Positions 1 through 9,666 of a stretch of 64,000 nt of DNA are shown one piece after another. Made by a program: the position numbers and the translations under genes. The notes below the pieces were generated by a model. That model had not been told where the DNA came from, ran no database searches, and saw only the letters and a list, made by a program, of their open reading frames with translations. The DNA lies in NCBI GenBank assembly GCA_965261085.1, contig OZ253442.1, positions 2,240,001 to 2,304,000 on the forward strand. Reading direction: 5' to 3'. The stretch's first letter is position 1. Each line of letters opens with the position of its first letter. Source of the DNA: a bacterium (lineage in GTDB: Bacteria > UBA8248).

Positions 1-1
1 T

Positions 2-85
2 ATAATCAGGGAGCGCGAGACGTATGACGACCTCATTCGCGGCGAGCATATACCGGCATTCATCGAAGAAAGGCGGATTCCTTGA
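2..85 (+). CDS. lysA: diaminopimelate decarboxylase, 3' end (partial)
   Basis: Frame from position 2 reads IIRERETYDDLIRGEHIPAFIEERRIP*, resembling the LysA C-terminal IRxRETxEDL motif; stop overlaps the dapF start. Confidence 0.75.
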   Translation: MIRERETYDDLIRGEHIPAFIEERRIP

Positions 86-906
86 ATAAAATCGAATTCA
101 CCAAGTTCAGCGGAAGCGGCAACGATTTTATATTCATCGACAACAGGAATCTGGAGCACCGGGCCGATGAGATGATCGATTTCGTCCAGAGAGTTTGCCG
201 CAGGGGCCAGTCCGTGGGCGCGGACGGGCTGATGTTCATCGAACCGAGCGAACGGGCCGATTTCAAGTGGCGATTTTTCAACGCCGACGGTTCGGAGGGT
301 GAAATGTGCGGGAACGGCGGGCGTTGCGCCGCGCGTTTTGCGAGAGAGTTGGGCATCGCCACGGATTCAGTGTCGTTCGAGACCATCGCGGGCGTCATCG
401 ATGCGACGATGAGCGATTCGAGCGTAAAGCTGCGGATGACCCAGCCCTTTGATTATCGCGCAGGGATTCGGCTCGATATCAACGGAAGAGGAGTGCTGGT
501 GGATCACATGAATACCGGCGTCCCCCATGCCGTGGAATTCATGGACGATGTCGAGGACGTCGATATCGTGGCCGATGGGCGGGCGATTCGGACCCATAGT
601 GAGTTTGCTCCGGCGGGTGCGAATGCGAATTTCGCCCGGGTGAGCGGGGATAATTCCTTGGTTTTAAGAACGTATGAGAGAGGCGTGGAGAACGAAACCC
701 TCGCCTGCGGCACGGGCGCCGTGGCCACGGCCGTACTCGCCGCCACGCGCGGGCTCGTAACCGCTCCTGTGGACGTGCAAGTGCGCAGCGGGGAGATTCT
801 GAAAATCTATTTTGAGGGCGTTGGCGCGGAAGTTAGCGATGTCTATATGGAAGGGGAGACCAGGCTCGTTTACCAGGGGGAGATGACGGAAGAAGCCTTA
901 CTTTGA
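82..906 (+). CDS. dapF: diaminopimelate epimerase
   Basis: FTKFSGSGNDF, NADGSEGEMCGNGGRC and RTYERGVENETLACGTG motifs with both catalytic Cys. Confidence 0.97.
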   Translation: MNKIEFTKFSGSGNDFIFIDNRNLEHRADEMIDFVQRVCRRGQSVGADGLMFIEPSERADFKWRFFNADGSEGEMCGNGGRCAARFARELGIATDSVSFETIAGVIDATMSDSSVKLRMTQPFDYRAGIRLDINGRGVLVDHMNTGVPHAVEFMDDVEDVDIVADGRAIRTHSEFAPAGANANFARVSGDNSLVLRTYERGVENETLACGTGAVATAVLAATRGLVTAPVDVQVRSGEILKIYFEGVGAEVSDVYMEGETRLVYQGEMTEEALL

Positions 907-986
907 TGAATCAAAAACGATGAGCCGGAGAATTTGAATTCCTGTCCGGCTTTTGGTGTGAATGGATTTGAGCAGAACCGTCAGTA

Positions 987-1136
987 TCACTCGGATGTGA
1001 GCGCGCTCGGGAAATCATCCAGCCAGAGTTCTCTCAGAAGAATGCACACCATCCCCGAAGCCATGATGATGGCGCTTATCAGTGCGAAATCGAGCAAATC
1101 GTAACCGGCGTATATCTCATACATCAAAATCCACAT
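987..1136 (-). CDS. small (49 aa) putative single-pass membrane protein
   Basis: ATG at 1136 preceded by GGAG; hydrophobic stretch FALISAIIMASGMVCILL; co-oriented at the end of the ECF operon. Confidence 0.45.
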   Translation of the reverse strand: MWILMYEIYAGYDLLDFALISAIIMASGMVCILLRELWLDDFPSALTSE

Positions 1137-1212
1137 GGTCCGCTCCAAACAAGACGCCCCGGGCGCCTGCGGCACGGCTCTTCAGGCCATGCCGCAGGTG
1201 AGGCGGAGATAC

Positions 1213-1836
1213 TTAATAAGTCTGAGACTGGTTCCCGGAGCCTTGGCCTTTGTGCATCTGCTCATGGAACCTGTGGCCTCGGCCCGGGCGCTTCCGGGCG
1301 ATTTTCGATAGCTGCTTCTGCTGCTCGGCGTTCAGGACGGATTTCCCCTCCTGAATCGCCTTGAGGCGCGCGATCCTCAAATCCACCCGCATGTTCGAAA
1401 CCTCGCGTATTTTCTTCTCCACGTCGGTGAGGTCGATTTTCTCGGTATCGAGCGCACGTTTGAGGTCGATTCTGCGGGTCTTCATTTCAGCGCGTTCTTT
1501 CACCGACTTTTTGGAAAACGCGTCCCTGATGTCCTTGAGGCGTTTGATTTGATCGTCGGTGAGCTTGAGCTCTTCGTGACTCCTCAGCGCGATGGAAACC
1601 AGAGGGCGCGCCGAGAAGGGCCGCGGGCCGCGCATTCCGCGATGCCCCCGGTGGCGGGGTCCCAAGAAATGTGTCTCTTCCATCATTTTTTCGATGAATT
1701 GCGGGAAATTCTTCATGTGGTGCGGGGGGATGGGGGCGGGAGGGGGAGATTGGGCCCAGGCCGCGCCTGCGAGACCGAGGCTCAATACGGCGGCGATGAC
1801 GGCTGTCGACAAGGTGCGGCGTTTTTGACGTTTCAT
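1213..1836 (-). CDS. Spy/CpxP (LTXXQ) family periplasmic protein
   Basis: Signal peptide ending AAWA-Q; LKLTDDQ and VLNAEQ motifs; helical and basic; GGAGG before ATG 1836. Confidence 0.8.
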   Translation of the reverse strand: MKRQKRRTLSTAVIAAVLSLGLAGAAWAQSPPPAPIPPHHMKNFPQFIEKMMEETHFLGPRHRGHRGMRGPRPFSARPLVSIALRSHEELKLTDDQIKRLKDIRDAFSKKSVKERAEMKTRRIDLKRALDTEKIDLTDVEKKIREVSNMRVDLRIARLKAIQEGKSVLNAEQQKQLSKIARKRPGRGHRFHEQMHKGQGSGNQSQTY

Positions 1837-1904
1837 GTTCAAATTCCTCCGGTGTGGCGTTTGTGTTTCACTTCGGCGGCATTGCATCTACTTACAAGGA
1901 CTCA

Positions 1905-2378
1905 CTACTTCTTCGACTGACCGGCCGGGTCGCCTGGGTGGTGCTTTTTGGATCTCCTCCATCTCCGTTTGCGTCTTTCTTCGTATTTTTCGACCATTTT
2001 GTCAAAAGATGTTTTTTGTTCGTTATCCAGGAAAGAGCGCACGTCCTTGCGTATTTCCTGCATGATGGAATTGATCTGGGGGCTCATTCGGCTTCTGATG
2101 TCGCGTATACGCTCATAATGGCGCTGGAGCGCGCGGTCTACGTTAGCTCGTTGCGCGGAGTTCAGATTCAAGTCCCGCTCCAGCCGGCGCATGAAGCGTT
2201 TTCCACCTCTGGCGCGGCGAGAACGGACTTCGCGCGCCCCGAAGGTTTTCCCTTCTTTTAGAAACTTGTATTCCGCGTATTGGCGTCCACCGAGGTAGCC
2301 GATGCCGGCGCCCGCCACGAGCACGACCAAAAGCACGGCCGATGCCTTCATGAACTCTTTTGTGAACCAGGTTTTCAT
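1905..2378 (-). CDS. membrane-anchored Spy/periplasmic heavy-metal-sensor-like protein
   Basis: N-terminal TM (AVLLVVLVAGAGIGYLGG); LNLNSAQ and FLDNEQ LTXXQ-like repeats; start approximate. Confidence 0.65.
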   Translation of the reverse strand: MKTWFTKEFMKASAVLLVVLVAGAGIGYLGGRQYAEYKFLKEGKTFGAREVRSRRARGGKRFMRRLERDLNLNSAQRANVDRALQRHYERIRDIRSRMSPQINSIMQEIRKDVRSFLDNEQKTSFDKMVEKYEERRKRRWRRSKKHHPGDPAGQSKK

Positions 2379-2397
2379 CGTATTTGTCTCAAGAAGC

Positions 2398-2853
2398 CTA
2401 ACGCTCTTGTGAGCCGTAGGCGACGTATTGAAGCAACTCTCGGCCCGTTTGCGCTTCGAGTCCGTTGCCAATCATCAGGATGGGGTTCAGGGGATTCCGG
2501 TCATAATTGACTGCCAGATTCGCCTGGGTCTCTAAAATGCGCATCTGCCTCTCGGCGCCCTGGCTCCAGAACAGGCTCGCAACGATTAGCAAGACTCCCA
2601 AAGCCGCCACGGCGAGTCTCGGCCCCGTTGAAGCCAGTGTCGTGATGAAAGACAGAGGCTGGAGCGCTTGTGTTTCATGGGCGCTGAGCTGGGGGCGCAA
2701 CTTCTCCCAGAGTTTCTCATCGGGCGCGGGCGCATCCTCGCGCGCGGCCTGGAACAAGGCTTGAATCTCGGTGACCGTTTCGTTTTCTGGCCGGGGAGCA
2801 TCCCAACTCTGGGCATTTTGATGGCTCTCGAAGAGGTCTTTCCACCAGCTCAT
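2398..2853 (-). CDS. putative anti-sigma factor (single TM)
   Basis: Overlaps the ECF sigma stop; central TM LAVAALGVLLIVASLFW; typical anti-sigma position. Confidence 0.6.
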   Translation of the reverse strand: MSWWKDLFESHQNAQSWDAPRPENETVTEIQALFQAAREDAPAPDEKLWEKLRPQLSAHETQALQPLSFITTLASTGPRLAVAALGVLLIVASLFWSQGAERQMRILETQANLAVNYDRNPLNPILMIGNGLEAQTGRELLQYVAYGSQER

Positions 2854-3485
2854 GACATCTCCTCCCGGGCATTTTCCGCCACCCGCAGAATTCCCGCGCG
2901 CGCCCGGTTGAGCCTTGAGCGCACCGTGCCGGGTCTGATCTGTAGCACTTCACCTATCTCATCGTAACTCATTCCCTCGAGCTCGCGCATCACCAGTATC
3001 CGGCGATGTTTCTCCGGCAATTGCGACAAGAGTTTTTGAAGCTCACTGCTCGCTCGTTTTTCCTGCATTCGCCGCAGTTCGTCCTGGTGTTCTGCGTCTT
3101 CTGGTGCGATGACATCGGCGATTTTCTCTTCGTCAAGCTCTGTCGGCAACGGCGCGCCGCGCTTCAGGTAGTCTCGGCAATGGTTGACCGCAATACGGTA
3201 GACCCAGGTGGAAAACCTGGCGTCAGCTCTGAATTTGGGCAACGCGATATACGCTTTCAGGAATACCTCCTGAACGATGTCGTCGGTGTCTTCTCTGCGC
3301 TCACCCAACATTCCCCACACGAGGCGCTGGATTTTTCCGGCATTTTGACGAACCAGGGGTTCAAAGGCGTCTTTGTCGCCGTTTTGGCAGCGTTTGATCC
3401 AGGCGGACTCTTCGTGTTCTTCGTGCGGGGCTTCCAAAAGTCCAAATCCCCATGCCGGTATTGCGAGAGAGAACATCTTCGTCAC
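2850..3485 (-). CDS. ECF RNA polymerase sigma-70 factor
   Basis: DDIVQEVFLKAY, FSTWVYRIAVNHC and EGMSYDEIGEVL..GTVRSRLNRAR (regions 2 and 4). Confidence 0.95.
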   Translation of the reverse strand: MTKMFSLAIPAWGFGLLEAPHEEHEESAWIKRCQNGDKDAFEPLVRQNAGKIQRLVWGMLGERREDTDDIVQEVFLKAYIALPKFRADARFSTWVYRIAVNHCRDYLKRGAPLPTELDEEKIADVIAPEDAEHQDELRRMQEKRASSELQKLLSQLPEKHRRILVMRELEGMSYDEIGEVLQIRPGTVRSRLNRARAGILRVAENAREEMS

Positions 3486-3646
3486 CTTATAGTATCAAAT
3501 AAGCTGCCCAGGAATAGGTGTTTTCACGTTTCCTCTTCCTACACCCGTTATGACGCAAGCAGGTTCCCACTTCGAGACAAAACACGTATGATGTGCTTTA
3601 CAATCAATGACTTGTTGATTATTCATTACCAGGGAAGGGGGATCCC

Positions 3647-4444
3647 GTGTCGATACGAATCGTTGTGGCCGGAGCCGGCGGAAGGATGGGGGGCCGCATC
3701 ATCCACCAAATTGTCACATCGAGTGATCTTTCCCTCTCGGGCGCGCTCGAACGCGATGGATTCGAGGGATTGGGGGAGGATGCGGGCGGGCACGCAGGCT
3801 GTGGGGAGTTGGGCGTCGGTCTTACTTCTGATTCATCCTCGTTGAGCGGCGACGTGCTGGTCTCCTTTGCGATTCCGGAGGCGAGCGTCGCCCACGTGCG
3901 CCTGGCGGCCGAGAAGGGGATGGCGGCCGTCGTCGGCACCACCGGTTTCAGCGATGCGCAGCGCGAGGAAATCGCGGGCCTCGGCGAGAAAATCGCCTGC
4001 GTCGTCGCGCCGAATATGAGCGTGGGGGTGAACGTCACCTTTCGGCTGATAGAAGAGGCGGCCCGGCTCCTCGGCGATGCTTACGACGTCGAGGTGATGG
4101 AAGTCCATCATAACCAGAAGGTGGATGCTCCCTCGGGAACGGCGGTGCGCATGGGTGAGATTCTTAGCCGTGTGATGGGTAAACAATATCCCAAGGACGC
4201 GGTTTTTCACCGCGAAGGCCAGACCGGAAAACGCCCCGAGGGCGTCATCGGCATGCAGACGCTGCGCGGCGGCGATGTTCCGGGTGAGCACACGGCCTAT
4301 TTCTTCGGCATGGGCGAGCGGGTGGAAATCACGCACAGGGCGGGCAGCCGGGATAATTTCGCGGCCGGCGCGATTCGCGCAGTCCGGTGGGTGGCCGATA
4401 AGGCCCCCGGCGTTTACGGCATGGCGGAAGTATTGGGCCTTTAA
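3647..4444 (+). CDS. dapB: 4-hydroxy-tetrahydrodipicolinate reductase
   Basis: GAGGRMG, VGTTG, APNMSVG and EVHHNQKVDAPSGTA motifs. Confidence 0.97.
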   Translation: MSIRIVVAGAGGRMGGRIIHQIVTSSDLSLSGALERDGFEGLGEDAGGHAGCGELGVGLTSDSSSLSGDVLVSFAIPEASVAHVRLAAEKGMAAVVGTTGFSDAQREEIAGLGEKIACVVAPNMSVGVNVTFRLIEEAARLLGDAYDVEVMEVHHNQKVDAPSGTAVRMGEILSRVMGKQYPKDAVFHREGQTGKRPEGVIGMQTLRGGDVPGEHTAYFFGMGERVEITHRAGSRDNFAAGAIRAVRWVADKAPGVYGMAEVLGL

Positions 4445-4497
4445 GAAAATTTATTACCTGTATCTTATACGTCAAAAAACTCGTGAGGAGATGACTG

Positions 4498-5019
4498 ATG
4501 GCTCAAGAAATCAAGGCGGCCGGCGTCGAATACTTGAAGGCTGCGGACGGGAGAACATTGGCGCTGGTCATCAGAAATCATTTTGACGATTATGCGGCTT
4601 TTCCCCCTTACCTGGATTCAGAGGAAGAGCGCGCCCATCTGGCGGAAGCCTACTCGGGCGCCGACCCGGAAACGGAGAGAAGAACAAAGGCGCACATGAC
4701 GCCGGACGAAAACCCGCTTCAAATCGTCATGCTGAACAGAAACCCGGGGTCCGTGGTGAACCCGCACTATCATGAAGTCACGGAGCGTCCCACCAACACG
4801 ACGCGCCAGCAGATCATGATATGCCGCTCAGGCCGTATGCGAGTCGGGGTGTACGCCAAAGAAGGCGACCATGCGGGTGATGTGGATTTAGCGCCCGGCG
4901 ATTTGATTCTCATGTATGAGGGGCACCGCATCGAGTTCCTCGAAGCGGGAACGAAGGCCATTGAGATCAAGGAAGGCCCCTTCCCGGAAACCGATGAGGC
5001 GGACAAGGTCGATTTTTAG
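4498..5019 (+). CDS. cupin-fold hypothetical protein
   Basis: PHYH...GDLILM..GH..EIKEGP cupin-like pattern; GAGGAG upstream. Confidence 0.65.
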   Translation: MAQEIKAAGVEYLKAADGRTLALVIRNHFDDYAAFPPYLDSEEERAHLAEAYSGADPETERRTKAHMTPDENPLQIVMLNRNPGSVVNPHYHEVTERPTNTTRQQIMICRSGRMRVGVYAKEGDHAGDVDLAPGDLILMYEGHRIEFLEAGTKAIEIKEGPFPETDEADKVDF

Positions 5020-5131
5020 GGGAATTATATACATGACTCGGCAGTGGGATTCCGGGCTCTGAATTCGAAAAGGAGCGACGTAATCACTCCCCCCTGGAGG
5101 GTTATCGGCAACTGATAAAAGAGGAAGAACC

Positions 5132-5685
5132 ACTCCCCCCTTGAGGGGCAAGCCCGATTGAAGAATGAGGGATTGTCAGTGAGCTAAGGGCGCAAGCCCG
5201 CAAGCGAACTGGTGGGGGGTAAATCGCGACCGGGGAGGGAGTGATTGCAGACCTACGACGAGGAAGATATCGGAACGCAATTCCTCGCTCCTCGGGGTTG
5301 TTGAAAAAGCCCTGATTTCGTGATTTGGCGTATGTTGTCAACCGACGAGAGGGGGGGGCCGTGGACAGGTCGCGACCTGTCCTTACGAGGCGGTGCGGCT
5401 TTGTTCGTCATTCCGGCGCATGCTGGTGGCAACCGCGAGGTTGGCCATGTGTTTTGCTTTTTTTTTATTTTCTGATTGATTCCAGCCAATGACGAGGAGA
5501 TGAAAAGCCGGAGTATTGCCATTCCGCTCGGCACTGGATTCCGGCTTTCGCCGGAATGACGGCAGTGGTCAATTCTTAGCGGGGCGGACTTTTTCAACAA
5601 CCCCTCCTCGCTCGGAATTGACCCCCCACGCATCAGCCATCGCAAAAGGCGCTCGGCTTCTGCGACTCCCCCTCAAGGGGGGAGT
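5132..5685. repeat. REP/MITE-like element (ACTCCCCCCTTGAGGGG ends), interrupted by a nested insertion
   Basis: Ends ACTCCCCCCTTGAGGGG and CCCCTCAAGGGGGGAGT; internal segments match the 38967-39116 element in inverted orientation. Confidence 0.75.
5294..5604. mobile_element. non-autonomous MITE with IS1182-type ends (311 bp)
   Basis: GGGGTTGTTGAAAAAGCCC ... GGACTTTTTCAACAACCCC terminal inverted repeats (1 mismatch), nearly identical to the ends of the IS at 59527-61048; flanked by a TCCTC 5-bp direct repeat. Confidence 0.8.
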
Positions 5686-5836
5686 GAGAAAAACCCAGAC
5701 AGATAGGAGTGGTTTTGGAGAGGGAATCATGAATTTAACTGGTAGGTTCTTTATGAATTGAGCAGCAAGAAGAAGTCGTTAGTTCAAGTATATAATTCCC
5801 TTTTAATATCTTTGCGCCGTGAGGCTTGGTCCTGAA

Positions 5837-6796
5837 CTAGGCGCCAGATTTGGCGATCCCGAATTGTTTCGCGAGTGTTTTCGCCGCCTCCTGGTAGGAT
5901 TTTTGTAATTCAGGATTTGGCGCAATCGGGTTGTGGTACCGGCCCAGGAAGCGGTTCTCCTTGCTCCAGATTTCCCGGACCTGGAGAATGGAATCGACGG
6001 TTCCATCGCTCTTGTCGTCAACGAACGTATAATAGTAGCGGCTGTATTGATTCGAGACGTCCGAGAAGAATTTCTCATCCTTGTGGTAAATCTTCTGAAT
6101 CGGGCCGGTCGGCGCCTGGAGCCGCAAGGTCCGTCCTCCGAATATCGAATCCGACACCAGGAGCGTATATTTTTTGCCTCCGATCGTCCGGTTGACCGTG
6201 TAGATGCTGCCCGAAAGCGTCGGTTTCTTGTCCCCCAGCGCAAACGCGCTCAGTTTTCCGTAGAGGCTGGTGTTGACGGATTTCGAGAAATTGTTCGAGA
6301 TGCCGTAAACGACGAGCAATATCACCGCCGCGGCCAGAAAAACGAGGGTGGGAGACCTTCTCGTCGCTTTCCCTTCTTCCTCTTTGCCCCGGTTGGCGGC
6401 CACGTCTTCCCTGATTTCAGAGAGTTGCTTGTACATTTCCTCGGAGGTGAGTTCCAAAGGTTCGGGCAAAGGCTCCGGTTCGGGCGCCGCCTTCCTTGCC
6501 GCTGCGGCGGGCGCCGCTCCACCTGCGGCTGCAGGGGCCGCCACGCCACCGCCGGCGAAGAAATCCGCATTTATCTGGGTGTATTTGTTCCACTGGGAGG
6601 GGAGGTCGCTTTCTGCGAAAATAGCGTCCACCGGACAGGCCGGAACACAGGCCGCGCAGTCGATGCACTCAATGGGGTCGATATACAGCATCGGGCTCGT
6701 GCCGTCCGCAGCTTCATGAATGCAGTCGACCGGGCATACGTCTACGCATGCGGTATCCTTGGTGCCGATACATGGTTCCGCGATGACGTAGGTCAT
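5837..6796 (-). CDS. 7Fe-ferredoxin domain fused to a TM helix and an extracytoplasmic domain
   Basis: N-terminal CIGTKDTACVDVCPVDC and CIDCAACVPACP (FdxA-type); Ala/Pro linker; TM LVFLAAAVILLVVYGI; about 150-aa C-terminal domain. Confidence 0.85.
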   Translation of the reverse strand: MTYVIAEPCIGTKDTACVDVCPVDCIHEAADGTSPMLYIDPIECIDCAACVPACPVDAIFAESDLPSQWNKYTQINADFFAGGGVAAPAAAGGAAPAAAARKAAPEPEPLPEPLELTSEEMYKQLSEIREDVAANRGKEEEGKATRRSPTLVFLAAAVILLVVYGISNNFSKSVNTSLYGKLSAFALGDKKPTLSGSIYTVNRTIGGKKYTLLVSDSIFGGRTLRLQAPTGPIQKIYHKDEKFFSDVSNQYSRYYYTFVDDKSDGTVDSILQVREIWSKENRFLGRYHNPIAPNPELQKSYQEAAKTLAKQFGIAKSGA

Positions 6797-7094
6797 CGGA
6801 ATGAGCTCCTCAAACTAAGGTCCGGGCAGTATCATTTCACACCCCACCTGGGTGCTTTTTAACGCGGGGATGTTATCACTTTTTTTCGGGGAAACACAAT
6901 CTGCGCGAGGGATACGGCGAAATTTTGGGTTTTGGGGTGAAATGTGGCTTTTAGATACGAATACCGATGTTTTGGGGATAATGTTTTTCATCGACACAAG
7001 CAGTTTGGGCAAAGAATTATAGACTAGATTACAATTTGCCCATGAACCCCCCATTGTTGTAATTAACTACGGAAATACAAGTGGCTCCACCATT

Positions 7095-7649
7095 TTATTC
7101 CTCAGACTTTTGTTCTTCGCTAACTTTTGCCTCACCTTTTTCTACTTGGTACCCTTTGGCCCTCATGCAGGCGTCAGTCAACGCTTGAATTTCATCGTTT
7201 CTGGTAATCATTTGTAACCACGCCGAACCAGTAACGCCACGGGCATTGCGCCGAGCGTAGATTTCGCAGTTCGCCAGATCTAATACCCGTTTAGCTGGTT
7301 TCTTTACATGAAATTTTGGCTTCGATATTTCGGAGAGATAACGAGACATTTTTCCCCTAATATCCTTCATCTGTCGACCTATATCCCGCAATGTCCTACT
7401 ACAATATTCCATATTGTTTTGCTGAACACATAAAGCCGCGAAAATAAGTGGGATATATTTGTTCTGTTCAGTGATGTCAGTTGCTATCGATGCCAACATA
7501 ATGTTCTGCTCTCTCAAGATTGCATTCTGAGCTATTAAGAGCTTCTCGACGTTGCTTTCCTCTGCCCACAGTGATGAGGTCGAAGTCAGTCCGATAAAGA
7601 CAAAGATGAGTGCTCCAATAAGATACGAAGCTATTCTACTTTGGTTCAT
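7095..7649 (-). CDS. hypothetical exported protein (AT-rich region)
   Basis: 184-aa ORF with signal-peptide-like N-terminus and 4 Cys; AGGGG upstream; no family recognised. Confidence 0.6.
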   Translation of the reverse strand: MNQSRIASYLIGALIFVFIGLTSTSSLWAEESNVEKLLIAQNAILREQNIMLASIATDITEQNKYIPLIFAALCVQQNNMEYCSRTLRDIGRQMKDIRGKMSRYLSEISKPKFHVKKPAKRVLDLANCEIYARRNARGVTGSAWLQMITRNDEIQALTDACMRAKGYQVEKGEAKVSEEQKSEE

Positions 7650-7823
7650 ATACTTTCCCCCTTTAGGTAGTTTGCTCTGCCTTCCTTAAGCATATCAATC
7701 CTTCTCTATATTCCCGCCAGATATCCTTTCCATCGTACTGAGTTTCGACAGCAAAGTTATGTTTTGAATTTGCTGGCGGATGATGCCAGTGACGCTATTG
7801 ATTTGAAGTAATTTCTTTGGCAG

Positions 7824-8180
7824 TTAATCGTTACTGTGCGTGTCCTTGTGTCTATCTCTTAACAATTCAAGCCTATCGAGAATTCCATCCCGTCCGAATC
7901 CGATAAAGGTGGTTTTGGGGAGAGAAATATCTTCCCAACGGTATTTTTCAAGGTTCTCGTAGAGTTGGATATAGCCATTGAGTGCGCGCCAATCTTCGTT
8001 GGTGATTTCGGCGGTGTCAGCTATGTTGCGCTCAAATTTATGTGCACTTTTTGTTTGTTCGATGATTTGTTCAAGAATCTTTGAATAATCTGGTGCGTTC
8101 ATACTGATGGCCTCCAAATGGATAGGATGGGCGCTTTTGTCAAGTTGTGATTCCTTGTATAGAGAAACGGGAGAGGCCAC
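7824..8180 (-). CDS. hypothetical protein (AT-rich region)
   Basis: ORF with protein-like composition; start may be the downstream MNAPDYS; no family recognised. Confidence 0.5.
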   Translation of the reverse strand: MASPVSLYKESQLDKSAHPIHLEAISMNAPDYSKILEQIIEQTKSAHKFERNIADTAEITNEDWRALNGYIQLYENLEKYRWEDISLPKTTFIGFGRDGILDRLELLRDRHKDTHSND

Positions 8181-8490
8181 ATTCTCCCTTTAGAAATTTG
8201 ATATTCTTTCCTTGCTGGTTTGGAGAAGGTGGCCCCTCGTTTTTGCCTTTTATCACATTATTGCTGTTTTTCATCTGCGCAAGCGGTCCGATTGTGTTTC
8301 CCCCTCACATCCCCCACCCATCCCCCAAACCTTGCCGTGTTTTCCAAGGCGTGTTAGGTTTTCCCGCACATGGAACGTGGAACACTGCGTAGCTTGCGAG
8401 AAACTGCATCAGGATAACCATATAACTCTTTGATAAATTGCTCGTAAGGGGCATATCTCTTTCTATCAAACATCACTCTTGAGGAATTTC

Positions 8491-9666
8491 ATGGCGTCAA
8501 TCAATATCGAACGCGCGTATCGCTTGAAGCGCTTGCCTCCCTATCTCTTCGCGGAAATCGACAGGATGAAGGCAGAAGTCGCCGATTCGGGAATGGACAT
8601 CATCAGTCTGGGTATAGGCGACCCGGATTTGCCGACTCCTGCCCACATTATCGAAGAACTCGATGTGGCTTCGCGAAAAACCTCGAATCACCAGTATCCC
8701 TCCTATGAGGGCATGCCTTCCTACCGCAAGGCCGTCGCGGACTGGTATGGGTCGCGGTTCGGGGTTTCTCTCGATCCGGCCTCCGAGGTGATCTCCCTCA
8801 TCGGCTCGAAAGAGGGCATCGCCCATATCCCCCTGGCGTTCGTGGACCCCGGCGACTATGTGCTCGTACCGGATCCGGCCTATCCTGTTTACGAGATCGG
8901 GACGTATTTCGCCGACGGGAAGGCGCACTTCATGCCCCTCACCGCGGAAAACGATTTCCTGCCGGACCTGGGTGCGATTCCATCCGACGTGGCGAAAAAA
9001 ACGAAACTCATGTTCATCAACTATCCGAACAACCCCACCGCCGCTTGCGCGGAAGTGGACTTCTACGACGAGCTCGTCGAGTTCGCCCGCTCCTACGACA
9101 TCATCGTGTGCAGCGACAACGCTTATTCCGAAATGGCCTTTGACGGCTATGAGCCCATCAGCTTCCTGAACGCGGAGGGCGCCAAGGACGTGGGCGTCGA
9201 GTTTCACTCGTGCTCAAAGACCTACAACATGACCGGCTGGCGCATCGCCAGCGCGGTGGGGAACGCGGAAGTCCTCGCCGGCCTGGGGGCCGTCAAGACA
9301 AACGTGGACTCGGGCGTATTCGGCGCGGTGCAGGAAGCAGGCATCAAGGCGATGAGCGCGGACCAGGGCTGCGTGGCCGAAATGCGCAAGATATATCAAG
9401 GCAGGCGCGACGTAATAATTGACGGCTTGAAGAAACTCGGGCTGGAGGCGGCAACGCCAAAAGCCACGTTCTATGTTTGGGTGAAATGCCCAGACGGCTT
9501 CACGTCGAGTGAATTCACGGCGCATATTCTCCGAAATTGCGGTGTCGTCACGACGCCGGGTAATGGTTTTGGTCCCTCCGGCGAGGGATATATTCGTTTC
9601 GCCCTGACGGTTCCTGAAGACAGGCTCAAGGAAGCGCTCGAAAGAATCGAGAAGGCTGGGTTTTGA
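8491..9666 (+). CDS. dapL: LL-diaminopimelate aminotransferase (class I/II PLP)
   Basis: [44 protein letters not shown] motifs; dap context. Confidence 0.85.
   Translation: MASINIERAYRLKRLPPYLFAEIDRMKAEVADSGMDIISLGIGDPDLPTPAHIIEELDVASRKTSNHQYPSYEGMPSYRKAVADWYGSRFGVSLDPASEVISLIGSKEGIAHIPLAFVDPGDYVLVPDPAYPVYEIGTYFADGKAHFMPLTAENDFLPDLGAIPSDVAKKTKLMFINYPNNPTAACAEVDFYDELVEFARSYDIIVCSDNAYSEMAFDGYEPISFLNAEGAKDVGVEFHSCSKTYNMTGWRIASAVGNAEVLAGLGAVKTNVDSGVFGAVQEAGIKAMSADQGCVAEMRKIYQGRRDVIIDGLKKLGLEAATPKATFYVWVKCPDGFTSSEFTAHILRNCGVVTTPGNGFGPSGEGYIRFALTVPEDRLKEALERIEKAGF

Noticed and set aside
8369-8384. parS-like site (…ACGTGGAACA)
   Set aside because: Only the right half matches the parS palindrome; the left half does not.
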